Shown here: positions 1 to 10,330 of the stretch, piece after piece
How the letters are laid out: every line of letters begins with the position of its first letter
How positions within the stretch are numbered: the first letter of the stretch is position 1
Assembly (NCBI GenBank): GCA_039208735.1
Contig: JBCCQY010000002.1
Location: 1 to 64,000, forward strand
Direction: 5' to 3'
DNA: 64,000 nucleotides
Source of the DNA: Myxococcota bacterium
GTDB taxonomy: Bacteria > Myxococcota_A > UBA796 > GCA-2862545
The notes under the pieces: model-generated
What the model was told of the DNA's origin: nothing
The model's input: the letters and a program-made list of their open reading frames with translations, nothing else
The model's database searches: none
Program-made: the position numbers and the translations under genes

Positions 1-30
1 CGCGACCCCGGTTCAGGTTTACACCTTCGC

Positions 31-618
31 ATGCCTTGTGGTGTTCAGATCGAAATCGTCCAACTCTCCATTCAGCGAGAGACGGACCTAAACATCACCG
101 ATCATGCCGACGTGCAAATCGGGCTGTTGCCCATCCTGCCCGAAGACCGGCTCCGCGTGCTCGTGCGCGACGCGCTCCTCGAGCGCGGGTGGGAGGAGCA
201 GTCTGACGGTGCCTTGGTCAAGGAGTTGGGTGAGGCCATCGCGACGTTGCCGCCTGGCGAGTCCACCATCCGCGTCACGCTCGCGGCCGAAACCTCGGTG
301 AGCATCACCTCCCGAAGCACCGAACGGGTCGTCGTCGGGAGCGAAGCCTCGCTCGAGGCCGCCGAACAACGTGCCGAAGAAGCCGCCGATCAGCGTTTGG
401 CTCAAGTGGCCAACGTGGCGCGCGAGAAGCTCGAAGACGAGACGGCCGCACGTCTCCTGCGCGCCTGGCAAGCGGTCAAGACCGAGGCCGACGAGGTCGT
501 GCGGGTCACCACGCGACGCGCCCTCGAAGAGCGAGGTTCTCAACTGGGCTCCGTCGTGTCCATCGAAGACAATGAAGGCGACGACGGCTACGAGCTGACC
601 GTCACGGTGATGACATGA
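31..618 (+). CDS. Hypothetical protein resembling FtsH-ternary (AAA-ATPase conflict) system X5-like component
   Basis: Has LLPILPEDRL..L..RGW, a central coiled segment and C-terminal VTTRRALEERGSQLG..ELTVTV. This resembles, from memory, a family found next to AAA ATPases in Planctomycetota and Myxococcota. ATGA overlap with the next ORF. Confidence 0.55.
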   Translation: MPCGVQIEIVQLSIQRETDLNITDHADVQIGLLPILPEDRLRVLVRDALLERGWEEQSDGALVKELGEAIATLPPGESTIRVTLAAETSVSITSRSTERVVVGSEASLEAAEQRAEEAADQRLAQVANVAREKLEDETAARLLRAWQAVKTEADEVVRVTTRRALEERGSQLGSVVSIEDNEGDDGYELTVTVMT

Positions 619-893
619 GCACGATCGAGGGCGGCAAGCGAATCCAGTTGACGTGGCGGGAACGAGGCCAAAATGGTCGCCCGACCCTCATCGTGACCGT
701 CTCGGCGGCTGACGACATCCTCCCGCACGAGCATCGCGAAGACATGCAAGAGGTCGCCGCGGCCGTCATGGGCGTTCCCCTCGCCGCACTCGAGGGCGTC
801 GAAGTGGAACTCCGTCGAGCCCCTCATCCGCACCCTCCCGCGCCGCGCAAAGACGACGACGACGGCATCTACGAAGAGCCCCTCAAGGCCTGA
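615..893 (+). CDS. Small protein resembling FtsH-ternary system X3-like component
   Basis: 92 aa with a DDILPHEH motif after two predicted beta strands. Translationally coupled to 31..618. Confidence 0.5.
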   Translation: MSTIEGGKRIQLTWRERGQNGRPTLIVTVSAADDILPHEHREDMQEVAAAVMGVPLAALEGVEVELRRAPHPHPPAPRKDDDDGIYEEPLKA

Positions 894-930
894 CTCGGAT
901 CGCCAGGTGGCAGCCCCTGGCCGATTCGGG
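894..930 (+). terminator. Hairpin immediately after the stop codon of 615..893
   Basis: CTCGGATCG-CCAGG pairs with CCTGG-C-CGATTCGGG using G-U pairs. No U-tract. Confidence 0.3.
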
Positions 931-1005
931 TACGCGGGCCACGTGGTGTTCGCACAAAGTCAACCGCAAGTTTTTGGCTCGACCCTGGTGGTCGAGGGGC
1001 GTGTG

Positions 1006-1086
1006 GTGCCACTTGCGAACGATCACCTTGCCGCCCTTCGACTTACCAGCCTTCTCCTTCTTCTTGGAAGGGGGGTTGCTGGCTAG
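1006..1086 (+). CDS. leuL: leu operon leader peptide (MPLANDHLAALRLTSLLLLLGRGVAG)
   Basis: GAGGGG SD at 994-999, GTG at 1006, TAG at 1084-1086. Nine Leu codons, eight of them CTT, including five in a row at 1051-1065. Lies directly upstream of leuA. Confidence 0.85.
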   Translation: MPLANDHLAALRLTSLLLLLGRGVAG

Positions 1087-1150
1087 CGGATGGAACGACA
1101 CCCACCACGAAAGGCCCGCGACCCGAAGGACGCGGGCTTTCGTGCTTTTC
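1046..1150 (+). promoter_or_regulatory. Leucine transcriptional attenuator (1:2, 2:3 and 3:4 hairpins)
   Basis: Protector pairs 1046-1060 with 1067-1082. Antiterminator pairs GGGTTGCTGGC (1073-1083) with GCCCGCGACCC (1114-1124). Terminator pairs 1106-1120 with 1131-1144 and is followed by CTTTTC. Confidence 0.85.
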
Positions 1151-1192
1151 GAGGGACCGCGCCGGCAGGTAGAGGCCGACCGCAGGAACCTC

Positions 1193-2722
1193 ATGGAACG
1201 ACTCACCGTATTCGACACCACGCTGCGCGATGGCGAGCAGGCCCCTGGATTCTCGATGCGTCTTGCCGAGAAGCTCGAGATGGCCAAGGCCCTCGCCACG
1301 CTCGGGGTGGATGTCATCGAGGCCGGCTTCCCCGCGGCGTCTCCGGACGACCAGCGTGCGGTGCAAACCATCGCCGAGCGCATCGACGGCCCCGTCATCT
1401 GTGGTCTCGCCCGCTGCACGCGCCTCGATATCGAGGCCGCCGCCCGTGCGCTCGCTCCTGCAGAGCGGCGAAGGCTCCACGTCTTTCTCGCCACGAGTGC
1501 CATTCACCGTCAGCACAAGCTGAAGATGGCCAAAGCGCAGATCCTTTCCCTGACCCGCGAAGGCATCGAACAGGCCCGGGCCCACACCGACGACGTCGAG
1601 TTCAGCCCCGAAGACGCGTCGAGAACCGAGCGAGACTTCCTCGCCGAGGTCGTGGAGACCGCCATTGAGGCAGGGGCAACCACCATCAATGTGCCCGACA
1701 CGGTCGGCTACACCACCCCTGCGGAATTCGAGGACCTCTTCGCCTGGCTCGTGGCCAACGTGCGGGGCATCGAAGGCATCACCCTGTCGGTCCACTGCCA
1801 CAACGATCTTGGCTTGGCGGTGGCGAACAGCCTCGCCGCGGTGCGAGGGGGGGCTCGTCAGGTCGAATGCACGATCAACGGCATCGGTGAACGCGCGGGC
1901 AACTGCGCCCTCGAAGAACTGGTGATGGCCTTGCGCACGCGGCCCGATCAGTTCGGTGAACTCGAGACGGGCATCGACACTACACGACTGGTCAACACAA
2001 GCCGGCTCCTGTCGTCGATCACTGGCGTGATGGTGCCCTCCAACAAGGCCATCGTGGGCAAGAATGCGTTCGCCCATGAAGCGGGAATCCACCAGCACGG
2101 TGTCATTTCCCACGCGTCGACCTACGAAATCATGCGCCCCGAGGACGTGGGGTTCGATGGGCAACGCTTCGTATTGGGCAAACACTCGGGTCGGCACGCG
2201 CTGCGCGAGCGGCTCGCCACGATGGGCCACGAACTCGCCCCAGAGACCTTTGAAGCGCTCTTCGTGGCGTTCAAGGAACTCGCCGACCGCAAGGGCGAGG
2301 TGTTCGATGAGGACCTCCAGGCCCTCGTGTTGGGTGCCCACAAGGCCCAGGCCGCCTGGACGCTGGCCCGGCTGCAGACGAGTGCGGGCACCGACCGCAT
2401 CTCGACCGCTACGGTGTGTGTGCAGCGCGACGGCACGGCCGAGGTCAACGAAGCAGCCACCGGAGATGGCCCCATTGACGCCACCTTCCGCGCCATGACC
2501 CGCGCCACCGGCTACGCCGACACCCACCTCGACGACTACCAGGTGCGCAGTGTGACCTGGGGCGAAGACGCCCTTGGCCAGGTCACCGTGGTGATTCGAC
2601 GGGGGGATGCAGTCGTGCGCGGTTCAGGGGTCAGCACCGACATCATCGAAGCCAGTGCCCACGCCATCCTCGACGTCATCAACCACTGGGCGGGGACCGA
2701 AGCACCGCGAGCGGTGTCATGA
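1193..2722 (+). CDS. leuA: 2-isopropylmalate synthase
   Basis: [43 protein letters not shown] and the C-terminal regulatory domain (GDGPIDA). True start is the ATG at 1193, not 974. Confidence 0.96.
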   Translation: MERLTVFDTTLRDGEQAPGFSMRLAEKLEMAKALATLGVDVIEAGFPAASPDDQRAVQTIAERIDGPVICGLARCTRLDIEAAARALAPAERRRLHVFLATSAIHRQHKLKMAKAQILSLTREGIEQARAHTDDVEFSPEDASRTERDFLAEVVETAIEAGATTINVPDTVGYTTPAEFEDLFAWLVANVRGIEGITLSVHCHNDLGLAVANSLAAVRGGARQVECTINGIGERAGNCALEELVMALRTRPDQFGELETGIDTTRLVNTSRLLSSITGVMVPSNKAIVGKNAFAHEAGIHQHGVISHASTYEIMRPEDVGFDGQRFVLGKHSGRHALRERLATMGHELAPETFEALFVAFKELADRKGEVFDEDLQALVLGAHKAQAAWTLARLQTSAGTDRISTATVCVQRDGTAEVNEAATGDGPIDATFRAMTRATGYADTHLDDYQVRSVTWGEDALGQVTVVIRRGDAVVRGSGVSTDIIEASAHAILDVINHWAGTEAPRAVS

Positions 2723-4098
2723 GCGGCCAAACCCTCCTCGACAAGATCTGGGCTCAACACTGTGTGGTGGCCGGCACCGACGGGCAGCCCGATGTGCTCT
2801 ACATCGACCTTCACCTCATCCACGAGGTGACATCGCCGCAGGCGTTCGAGACCCTGCGACAACGCGGGCGCTCCGTACGACGTCCCGACCGAACCATCGC
2901 CACGATGGACCACGTGACGCCCACAGGCCCAAGGCGACGTGACGGGGCGTTCGCCATGACGGACGAGCAAGCCGCTCACCAGCTCAACACCCTCGAAGCC
3001 AACTGTCGGACCTACGGCATTCGACTGTTCGGCGCGGACAGTGATCAACGCGGCATCGTGCATGTGATCGGACCGGAACTTGGGCTCACCCAGCCAGGCA
3101 TGACCATCGTCTGCGGCGACAGCCACACCTCGACCCACGGCGCGTTCGGCGCACTTGCGTTTGGCATTGGCACGACCGAGGTGGGCCACGTGCTGGCCAC
3201 CCAGTGCCTCCCTCAGCGCCGCCCCCGGTCCATGCGGGTGGTGCTCGAAGGAACGCCCGCCCCGGGCACCACCGCCAAGGACCTCGCACTCGCCGTGATC
3301 GCGGCCATCGGCGTCGACGGCGGCACCGGACACGTCATCGAGTACCAGGGTGCGGCGGTGCGGGCCTTGTCGATGGAAGGGCGCATGACGCTGTGCAACA
3401 TGAGCATCGAAGCGGGCGCTCGAGCTGGACTGGTGGCCCCCGACGCCACCACCGTGGCCTACCTTCGAACTCGAACGTCGGTGTCGGACGACTGGCAAGC
3501 GCTCTACAGCGATGACGACGCCACGTTCGACAAGGAGGTCCGGGTTGATGTCGAAGGGCTCGAGTCTCGCGTGACGTGGGGCATCCAACCTGCCATGTCC
3601 GTCCCATTGGGCGGCTCACTACCCGCCAGAGACGCGACGAATGCTGCAGCCTTTGACTACATGGCCCTCGAACCCGGGGCCCCGGTGAACGACCAGCCGG
3701 TCGATGTCGTGTTCGTCGGCAGCTGCACGAACGGACGCATCGAAGATCTCCGAGACGCCGCCTCGATTCTGCGGGGCCGGTCAGTGGCTCGGACGGTGCG
3801 CATGTTCGTCGTTCCCGGCTCGGAAGGAGTGCGCGCCCAGGCCGAAGCGGAAGGCCTCCACGAGGTGTTCCTCTCGGCGGGAGCCGAATGGCGCGCCCCC
3901 GGCTGTTCGATGTGCATCGCGATGAACGGCGACCGAGCCGAACCAGGTCAATACGTCGCTTCCACCTCGAATCGCAACTTCCCCGGTCGTCAGGGTCCCG
4001 GTGCCCGCACATTCTTGTGCAGTCCTCGCACCGCAGCCGCTACCGCGGTCACCGGCCGCCTCACCGATCCCCGTACACTGCTGGAGGGGTCCCCATGA
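2719..4098 (+). CDS. leuC: 3-isopropylmalate dehydratase large subunit
   Basis: [51 protein letters not shown]. Confidence 0.97.
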   Translation: MSGQTLLDKIWAQHCVVAGTDGQPDVLYIDLHLIHEVTSPQAFETLRQRGRSVRRPDRTIATMDHVTPTGPRRRDGAFAMTDEQAAHQLNTLEANCRTYGIRLFGADSDQRGIVHVIGPELGLTQPGMTIVCGDSHTSTHGAFGALAFGIGTTEVGHVLATQCLPQRRPRSMRVVLEGTPAPGTTAKDLALAVIAAIGVDGGTGHVIEYQGAAVRALSMEGRMTLCNMSIEAGARAGLVAPDATTVAYLRTRTSVSDDWQALYSDDDATFDKEVRVDVEGLESRVTWGIQPAMSVPLGGSLPARDATNAAAFDYMALEPGAPVNDQPVDVVFVGSCTNGRIEDLRDAASILRGRSVARTVRMFVVPGSEGVRAQAEAEGLHEVFLSAGAEWRAPGCSMCIAMNGDRAEPGQYVASTSNRNFPGRQGPGARTFLCSPRTAAATAVTGRLTDPRTLLEGSP

Positions 4099-4652
4099 GT
4101 TCGCGCAACCCGGTGAACCAAATCACGTCCCCCACACTGGTCCTCGAACGGGATCACATCGACACCGACCAGATCATTCCTGCCCGGTTCCTCACCACGA
4201 CGAAGCGAGGTGGACTCCGCGACCACGCGTTTGCCGACTGGCGCGGTCAGCCTCCATTTACCGATCCCCGCGCCACCACTTGTCGAATTCTGGTCACGGG
4301 CGACAACTTCGGCTGTGGGTCGTCGCGAGAACACGCGCCGTGGGCGCTCCTCGACTACGGCATCGAGGCGGTGATCAGCACTTCATTCGCCGACATCTTC
4401 CAAAACAACGCCCACAAGAACGGTATTCTCACCGTGCAGGTCGATGCCACCACCCACGCTCACCTGCTGAGGCACCCCTGGGCCACGGTCACGGTCGACC
4501 TCCCCGGCCAGACGGTGACGAGTCCTGCGGGCGCAGCGTCCTTCACCATCGAGCCATTCGCGCGGCATTGCCTGATGAACGGCATCGACGAGCTGGACTG
4601 GCTACTCGGCCACGAAGCCGCGATCACGCAATTCGAGGAGGCGCGACCATGA
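4095..4652 (+). CDS. leuD: 3-isopropylmalate dehydratase small subunit
   Basis: [12 protein letters not shown] and [19 protein letters not shown] overlap with leuC. Confidence 0.96.
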   Translation: MSSRNPVNQITSPTLVLERDHIDTDQIIPARFLTTTKRGGLRDHAFADWRGQPPFTDPRATTCRILVTGDNFGCGSSREHAPWALLDYGIEAVISTSFADIFQNNAHKNGILTVQVDATTHAHLLRHPWATVTVDLPGQTVTSPAGAASFTIEPFARHCLMNGIDELDWLLGHEAAITQFEEARP

Positions 4653-5707
4653 CCCACCACATTGCGGTGCTCGGGGGGGATGGCATCGGCCCCGAAGTCA
4701 CTCAAGCCGCGGTCACCGTCGGGCTAGCGGCCGTCGAAGACCCCTCTGCCATCGAGGTGACCTGGCACGACTTTGGGTACGGCGCGCAGCTCGAGTGTGG
4801 CGAGAGCTTTCCTGAAGCCACCCAAGTCGCGTGTGCCCGAGCCGATGCCGTGCTGCTCGGCGCCATCGGCGCCCCCGGAACGCTTCCCGCCGACGTGCCT
4901 CGTCCGGAACGGGGATTGCTCGCCTTGCGGGCGATGCTCGGCACCTACGCCAACTTGCGACCGGTGCGACCCCACCCCGATCTGATCGATGCCTCGCCGC
5001 TACGCCCCGAGCGCGTGCGGGGCACCGACATCCTGTTCGTTCGAGAATTGACGGGCGGTCTATACTTTGGCCAACGCCACACCACCGAAGATCAGGCCAC
5101 CGACACCGCGACCTACACCGTGGCGGAAATCGAACGTGTGGTGCGCCAAGCCTGCGCGCTTGCGCAAACCCGCGACGGTCGGCTCACCTCGGTCGACAAG
5201 GCCAATGTGCTCGCCACCTCCCGGCTGTGGCGTCGGGTGGTGGATGAGGTCGTGGCCGCCTACCCAGATGTCCAGCACGAGCACGTGCTCGTCGATGCCA
5301 TGGCCATGCACCTGATCGCCCGACCCACCGACTTCGACGTCGTGGTGACGGCCAACCTGTTTGGCGACATCCTCACCGATGAGGCCGCGATGCTTGCCGG
5401 GTCCATCGGCATGATGCCGTCGGCATCGGTCGGCGATCAGGGCCGGGGTCTGTACGAACCGATCCACGGCACCGCACCCGACCTCGCGGGGAAGGGCGTC
5501 GCCAACCCCTGTGGCGCCATGCACTCGATGGCCTGGCTCCTCCGTGTGTCATGCGGCATGGAAGACGCGGCGAATCGCCTCGAACAGGCCGTCGACCGCG
5601 CCATTGCGAGCGGTGTGCGAACCCCCGACCTCGGCGGCACCGCGACCACCCAGGCCGTCGTTGACGCCGTGCTCACCAACCTCGAAGCCCGCCAGGTGGC
5701 AAGCTAG
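4649..5707 (+). CDS. leuB: 3-isopropylmalate dehydrogenase
   Basis: [48 protein letters not shown] overlap with leuD. Confidence 0.96.
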   Translation: MTHHIAVLGGDGIGPEVTQAAVTVGLAAVEDPSAIEVTWHDFGYGAQLECGESFPEATQVACARADAVLLGAIGAPGTLPADVPRPERGLLALRAMLGTYANLRPVRPHPDLIDASPLRPERVRGTDILFVRELTGGLYFGQRHTTEDQATDTATYTVAEIERVVRQACALAQTRDGRLTSVDKANVLATSRLWRRVVDEVVAAYPDVQHEHVLVDAMAMHLIARPTDFDVVVTANLFGDILTDEAAMLAGSIGMMPSASVGDQGRGLYEPIHGTAPDLAGKGVANPCGAMHSMAWLLRVSCGMEDAANRLEQAVDRAIASGVRTPDLGGTATTQAVVDAVLTNLEARQVAS

Positions 5708-6384
5708 CCCTCGGCTTTGGCTGCGGCCTCGCGGCGCTCGCTGTATCGGTCCACCAGCGCTTCCCGGAGATCACGGGTCAACAAGGTGAATCGGTACAGT
5801 TCTTCCATGACGTCGACGACGCGGTCGCGGTAGGGCGAATCCTTCATCGTTCCGTCGTCGTGGAACTCCTGGTAGGCCTTGGGCACGCTCGACTGGTTGG
5901 GAATGGTGATCATCCTCATCCAACGCCCCAACAGCCGTAGCGTATTCACGACGTTGAACGACTGACTGCCCCCGGACACCTGCATCACCGCAACCGTGCG
6001 TCCCTGCGTGGGACGCACTGCGCCCATCGACAGAGGGATCCAGTCGACTTGGTTTTTGAAAACGCCCGTAATGGCGCCATGCATCTCGGGGCACGACCAC
6101 ACGTGGCCCTCCGACCAGAGCGACAGCTCACGGAGTTCCTGAACTTTGGGATGGTCCTCAAGCCCTGGCGCCTTGACCGGAAGCTCGTGGGAATGAAACC
6201 AGCGCACCTCACAGCCGAACGACTCGAGCACACGAGCCGCTTCCTCGGCGAGCAACCTTGAATACGAGCGCTCCCGAAGGCTTCCGTAGAGCATGAGGAT
6301 GCGCGGGGGATGCGTGCTGCGCGGAACGTCAGGCAGCTGCGGAACCTCGACCGGAGGCGGGTTGCCATCGTGCCAGTTCGCCAT
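5704..6384 (-). CDS. arsH: Arsenical resistance NADPH-dependent FMN reductase ArsH
   Basis: [50 protein letters not shown]. Confidence 0.93.
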   Translation of the reverse strand: MANWHDGNPPPVEVPQLPDVPRSTHPPRILMLYGSLRERSYSRLLAEEAARVLESFGCEVRWFHSHELPVKAPGLEDHPKVQELRELSLWSEGHVWSCPEMHGAITGVFKNQVDWIPLSMGAVRPTQGRTVAVMQVSGGSQSFNVVNTLRLLGRWMRMITIPNQSSVPKAYQEFHDDGTMKDSPYRDRVVDVMEELYRFTLLTRDLREALVDRYSERREAAAKAEG

Positions 6385-6456
6385 CGTAGGTCTTCTCTCG
6401 ATTTGGGCCAACAAGCGAAGCGCGTAGGGACTAACTCAACGGGAAAGGAGGGCTCC

Positions 6457-6885
6457 ATGTCGATCGAGAACTGCCCGTTTTGCGCCTATGCGGACGGACG
6501 CTTCACGTCCGAGCTGATCGCCTACGAAGATGAGCACGTGCTGGTCGTGCCAAGCCTGCACCAATGGGGACCCAACCAAGGCCATTGCCTCGTGGTCACC
6601 CGGGCCCACATCCGCGACCTCTATGCGTTGCCCGACCACCTGGCGGGACCCATGCTCTCGACGGTCACCGCCGCAGCTCGTGCCGTGAAGGCCGCGTTTT
6701 CAGCGGACGGTGTGACGATTCGCCAAAACAATGAGACGGCCGGTGGCCAGGACGTCTTCCACATCCATTTTCACGTTGTGCCCCGCTTTCATGGGGATCG
6801 AGAAACCCGGCCGGTCTTTGCCATCGTCGACGAGCCGACCCGGATTGCCCAGGCCCAGGCGCTACGTACGGCCTGGCCAAGCTGA
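6457..6885 (+). CDS. HIT family nucleotide hydrolase
   Basis: N-terminal CPFC and GQDVFHIHFHVVPR histidine triad. AAGGAGG SD. Confidence 0.92.
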   Translation: MSIENCPFCAYADGRFTSELIAYEDEHVLVVPSLHQWGPNQGHCLVVTRAHIRDLYALPDHLAGPMLSTVTAAARAVKAAFSADGVTIRQNNETAGGQDVFHIHFHVVPRFHGDRETRPVFAIVDEPTRIAQAQALRTAWPS

Positions 6886-6887
6886 CG

Positions 6888-8513
6888 TCAGGTGGGAACA
6901 TGACGAGACGGGTCGAAGGCCCGAAACTGCCGAGCCGCGAGCCAAAGCACGATCAGGGCCGCAATGCTCATCCCCAGGGCGCCAAGGCCGGCTCCGAGCA
7001 ACCGGCTGCCCGACAACAAACCGACGACCCAGGCAAACCCAACCCCAACGCCGACCACCAACAGGTTGATGGCGTAGGCGCCAAACACGCCGATCAGATT
7101 CCGACCCACCGATCCGAGCGCCGCCTCGCCGGTTTCGATGCGGACGGGAAGCAGCAAGAACAGCCAATTCTCGATCGCCAGGCTGAACACGGTGACCGGC
7201 GGAAGGGCCAAGCCTAAGGCCAGGCACCAAAAGGCATGCTCTGGTTTCCAGGCCAAGAGTCCCAAAATGGCGACCCAGCTCGACAGGACGAAAAGCACCG
7301 CGACCGGGAGGATCTGGCCGATGACCACTGCCATCGGGGCAATCGGCAGGGCCAAAAGCTGATCCATGCGATCGAGGTCAGACCGGAAGTCAAAGCGTAG
7401 ATTGCTGGGAATGATCCACAAACACCACAGCGGCGCCAACATCGCCATCATGAAGATGGCATCGGGATGGACCTCGCTAAACGTCGTCAACCCGACGACC
7501 ACGGCGAGGCTCATCAACACGGGCCCCCCCAAGCCCAACAGCACGAGCGGACGTCGGGCCAACTCGAGCAACCTCCGCCATGCAACGGGCCCCACGCCGC
7601 CCAACCTTGGCAACCGCGGCACGCTGACTCTCCACAAGCCCCCGGCCATCCCCAAGCCGCCGGACCGGTACTGCTCGACCATCGAGGTTCGTTGGGCCGC
7701 ACCGCTCGCGGCTTGCTCGAACCACGTTCGACGACCTAAGGCGAGCACCACTCCTGCTTGCGTAAGATTGGCGACCGTCAAGAGGGCCGTCGCCCCCAAC
7801 AACTCCGTGATGCTTTCGGAGACGAACAGCGTGCTCGCGGCGGCGAACGGGGCCAGCAGGACTTGCCCCACCACGTTCTGCTCCACCCCGGCGAGGACAT
7901 CGCCCACCTTGGACACCGCCTCGGGACTTGCGCCGAACGCCAAGGCGCAAAGCCCCAAGAGCGCGGCCAACAGGGCGAGATTCGTCCAAGGTCGATGTTG
8001 TCGCTCGAGCACCAGCGCGGTGATCATCGATGTAAGCTGCAAGGCAGGGAACAACAGCCACACCGCAAGCATGCCCCCCAGGAAGTGGCGGCTGTACAAG
8101 CTTGCCATGGGCCCGATGAGCAAGCCCATGACAAACCACGTGACCGAAAGCAGAGCGAGTTTGTAGCGAATCAGCTGAGAGGGAGTAAGCGGCGCCGCGA
8201 AGAGCTGGTCAACCTCGGCTGGCAAAAAGCCGATCTGTTCGCCCCCTCCTCGCAGCACCAGCATGGCCAGCCAGCCCAACGCCATGACCGCCGGTCCGAT
8301 GTCGTCCAACGTGCCGACGTAGAACCCTCGAAGCGAGGATTCTTGCAAGTGAGAAACGAGGGCGCCACCCCACAGGGGCAACACGAAGAGGAGCACCACC
8401 CAACCACTGGGCCTCCGCAGGCGTGCGATCGAGGAGCGCACCGCGGCCCCCACGCGAAGCTCCAACAGCCTCCGTAGCGGACGACCCATCAACCGATCGA
8501 GCAGCCCCCTCAT
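6888..8513 (-). CDS. Putative ABC exporter permease
   Basis: Two hydrophobic halves with F.PAEVD.LF.APL and DFRSDLDRMD.L..LPI motifs. Coupled to the upstream ABC ATPase. Confidence 0.8.
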   Translation of the reverse strand: MRGLLDRLMGRPLRRLLELRVGAAVRSSIARLRRPSGWVVLLFVLPLWGGALVSHLQESSLRGFYVGTLDDIGPAVMALGWLAMLVLRGGGEQIGFLPAEVDQLFAAPLTPSQLIRYKLALLSVTWFVMGLLIGPMASLYSRHFLGGMLAVWLLFPALQLTSMITALVLERQHRPWTNLALLAALLGLCALAFGASPEAVSKVGDVLAGVEQNVVGQVLLAPFAAASTLFVSESITELLGATALLTVANLTQAGVVLALGRRTWFEQAASGAAQRTSMVEQYRSGGLGMAGGLWRVSVPRLPRLGGVGPVAWRRLLELARRPLVLLGLGGPVLMSLAVVVGLTTFSEVHPDAIFMMAMLAPLWCLWIIPSNLRFDFRSDLDRMDQLLALPIAPMAVVIGQILPVAVLFVLSSWVAILGLLAWKPEHAFWCLALGLALPPVTVFSLAIENWLFLLLPVRIETGEAALGSVGRNLIGVFGAYAINLLVVGVGVGFAWVVGLLSGSRLLGAGLGALGMSIAALIVLWLAARQFRAFDPSRHVPT

Positions 8514-9232
8514 GTGCCGGTCGCCTTGAAGAACAGCGACTCGAGGTCGTCGAGGCCGTAGGTTGCTTGAGCCTCGGGAATCGTGCCGAAAAACTTGGCC
8601 TCTCCTCGCACCAAGATCAGCAGGTCCGTCGAGATGTCAGCCACGACCGTGAGCAGGTGAGAGCTGACGATGACGCTTGAACCTCGGGCCGCCTCTTCGG
8701 TAATCCAGGCCTTCATCGTCCGGATCGCGCGGGGGTCCAATCCGGTCATCGGCTCGTCGAGCATCAGCAAATCCGGTTTATGGATGGCAGCGCAGCACAG
8801 CGCCAATTTCTGACGCATCCCCGTCGACAGCGCCTGCGCGACCTCATCCTGTTTCTCGAGCAAGTCAAACCGTTCGAGGAGGTCCTTTGCCGCTTCCTCG
8901 TATGAGGACACCCCCCAGGCCGTCGCAGCGAACTCGAGGTGTTCAAGCACCGTGAGCGCATCGAAGAGCTTGGGATCATGAGGGACCCACGCCAGCTTCT
9001 GCTTGGCCTGCACCGGCGTTCGCTGCACATCGAAGCCCATGACCTCGGCGGTTCCGTCGGTGGGTTGGATAATGCCTGCAATGGCCCGAAGACTCGTGGT
9101 TTTCCCAGCTCCATTGGGGCCTACCATGGTCAGCACACGACCGGGCGGCAATTCAAACGAAAGGTCGTGGACAGCGGTGGTGCTGTCATAGCGCTTCGTA
9201 AGCCCGCGCACGGCAACGATCGGGGTGGACAA
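8510..9232 (-). CDS. ABC transporter ATP-binding protein
   Basis: Walker A GPNGAGKTT, signature LSTGM, Walker B LMLDEP, H-loop SSH. Confidence 0.95.
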   Translation of the reverse strand: MSTPIVAVRGLTKRYDSTTAVHDLSFELPPGRVLTMVGPNGAGKTTSLRAIAGIIQPTDGTAEVMGFDVQRTPVQAKQKLAWVPHDPKLFDALTVLEHLEFAATAWGVSSYEEAAKDLLERFDLLEKQDEVAQALSTGMRQKLALCCAAIHKPDLLMLDEPMTGLDPRAIRTMKAWITEEAARGSSVIVSSHLLTVVADISTDLLILVRGEAKFFGTIPEAQATYGLDDLESLFFKATGT

Positions 9233-9307
9233 ATTCGGTAACTCCTCGACATTCGCACCAAGCCAGGCCGCGGTGGTGGGGCCTCGGCGATGCGACTATA
9301 GACCGAG

Positions 9308-9995
9308 ATGCTCGATGCCATCTGGGCCTTGACCCTGGCCGCGCCGACCGATTCGGTCGACCTTACCCTGGCGCCAACCGCCGATGTGGGGTTTCCCGTC
9401 AACCGAATCGGCGCGAATGGCCGCCTGGACTGGACCCCTGAGATCGACATCGTTCGCTTCCGGGTTGGGCTCCACGCGAGTGCCTATGGCATGGCTCGCG
9501 ACCTCGGCATCCCCGGGCCGCGGCTGGGGGGCGCGCTTTCCGCGCCGCTGGCCGTCCAAGTGGGGCCAGTGGGGCTCGGCTATGAACCCATCGGCTACTT
9601 CGACACCCGCAATACGTCACAGCCAAGCTCGGGTTTCGCGGTTTTCGTGAAGACGAACGCGCTAGCCAGGCGAGGCTCGAATGATGTGGGGCCTCGGAGC
9701 CGAGATGCGGTTCTGGACCGCCTCTACGCGACCCCTTGAGTCCCTCGATTACCCAGGCGTCTATGATCTTTCGGGCCAAACCGGCGAAGGATTTTCGCAC
9801 GGCATTTTCTGCCTGGCGGTCCTTGTGGGTCCGGTCCAGGGCTGCGTCGGGTGGGATGCCGAGGGCATTCGGAACCTCGTCCAGAACGAGTTCATCCATC
9901 GCCGGGTGGTCAACGACGGGATCATTCCCACCGTCGATCGACCCGGGCGGCCCTACCTGCGGCTCACCCTCAATCCCAACGGCCTCGCCTTCTGA
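9308..9995 (+). pseudogene. Split secreted protein with Ntox23-like C-terminus (ORFs 9308..9739 and 9681..9995)
   Basis: ORF1 has a signal-like N-terminus and YFD..TSQ..G. ORF2, in the +1 frame, carries SHG and GWDAEGIRNLVQNEFIH. The ORF2 frame is closed by TAG at 9663-9665. Confidence 0.45.
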
Positions 9996-10012
9996 CCCCA
10001 GCTGGAGACTCC

Positions 10013-10321
10013 ATGATTCGCGCTCTGCTTCCCGCCTTGTTCATGATCGGCTGCGGCATCCCCGAAGATGACTTCGCCGCCATCGCCGCGGACAGCCTTT
10101 GTGACCGCGTCGAAGAATGCGAAGGGGAGTTCGACGACAACGGACGAGCCAATTGCGAAGCCTTCTGGACGGGCGCAGCCGAATTGCTCGTGGATCTTGG
10201 CGACCTCGTTGGCGAAACCTACAGCCCCTCTGCGGGACGTACCTGTGTGAGCGAGCTTCGCTCCGCCACCTGTGGCGAACTCAATGACTTCGAGATCGAT
10301 TGCGACGTGTTCGAACCCTGA
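10013..10321 (+). CDS. Small Cys-rich lipoprotein
   Basis: MIRALLPALFMIGC lipobox plus six further Cys. GGAG SD. Confidence 0.75.
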   Translation: MIRALLPALFMIGCGIPEDDFAAIAADSLCDRVEECEGEFDDNGRANCEAFWTGAAELLVDLGDLVGETYSPSAGRTCVSELRSATCGELNDFEIDCDVFEP

Positions 10322-10330
10322 CGAGGTCCC

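Noticed and set aside
974..1192. 73-aa N-terminal extension of LeuA given by the ORF track
   Set aside because: This region is the attenuator. LeuA homology starts at the ATG at 1193.
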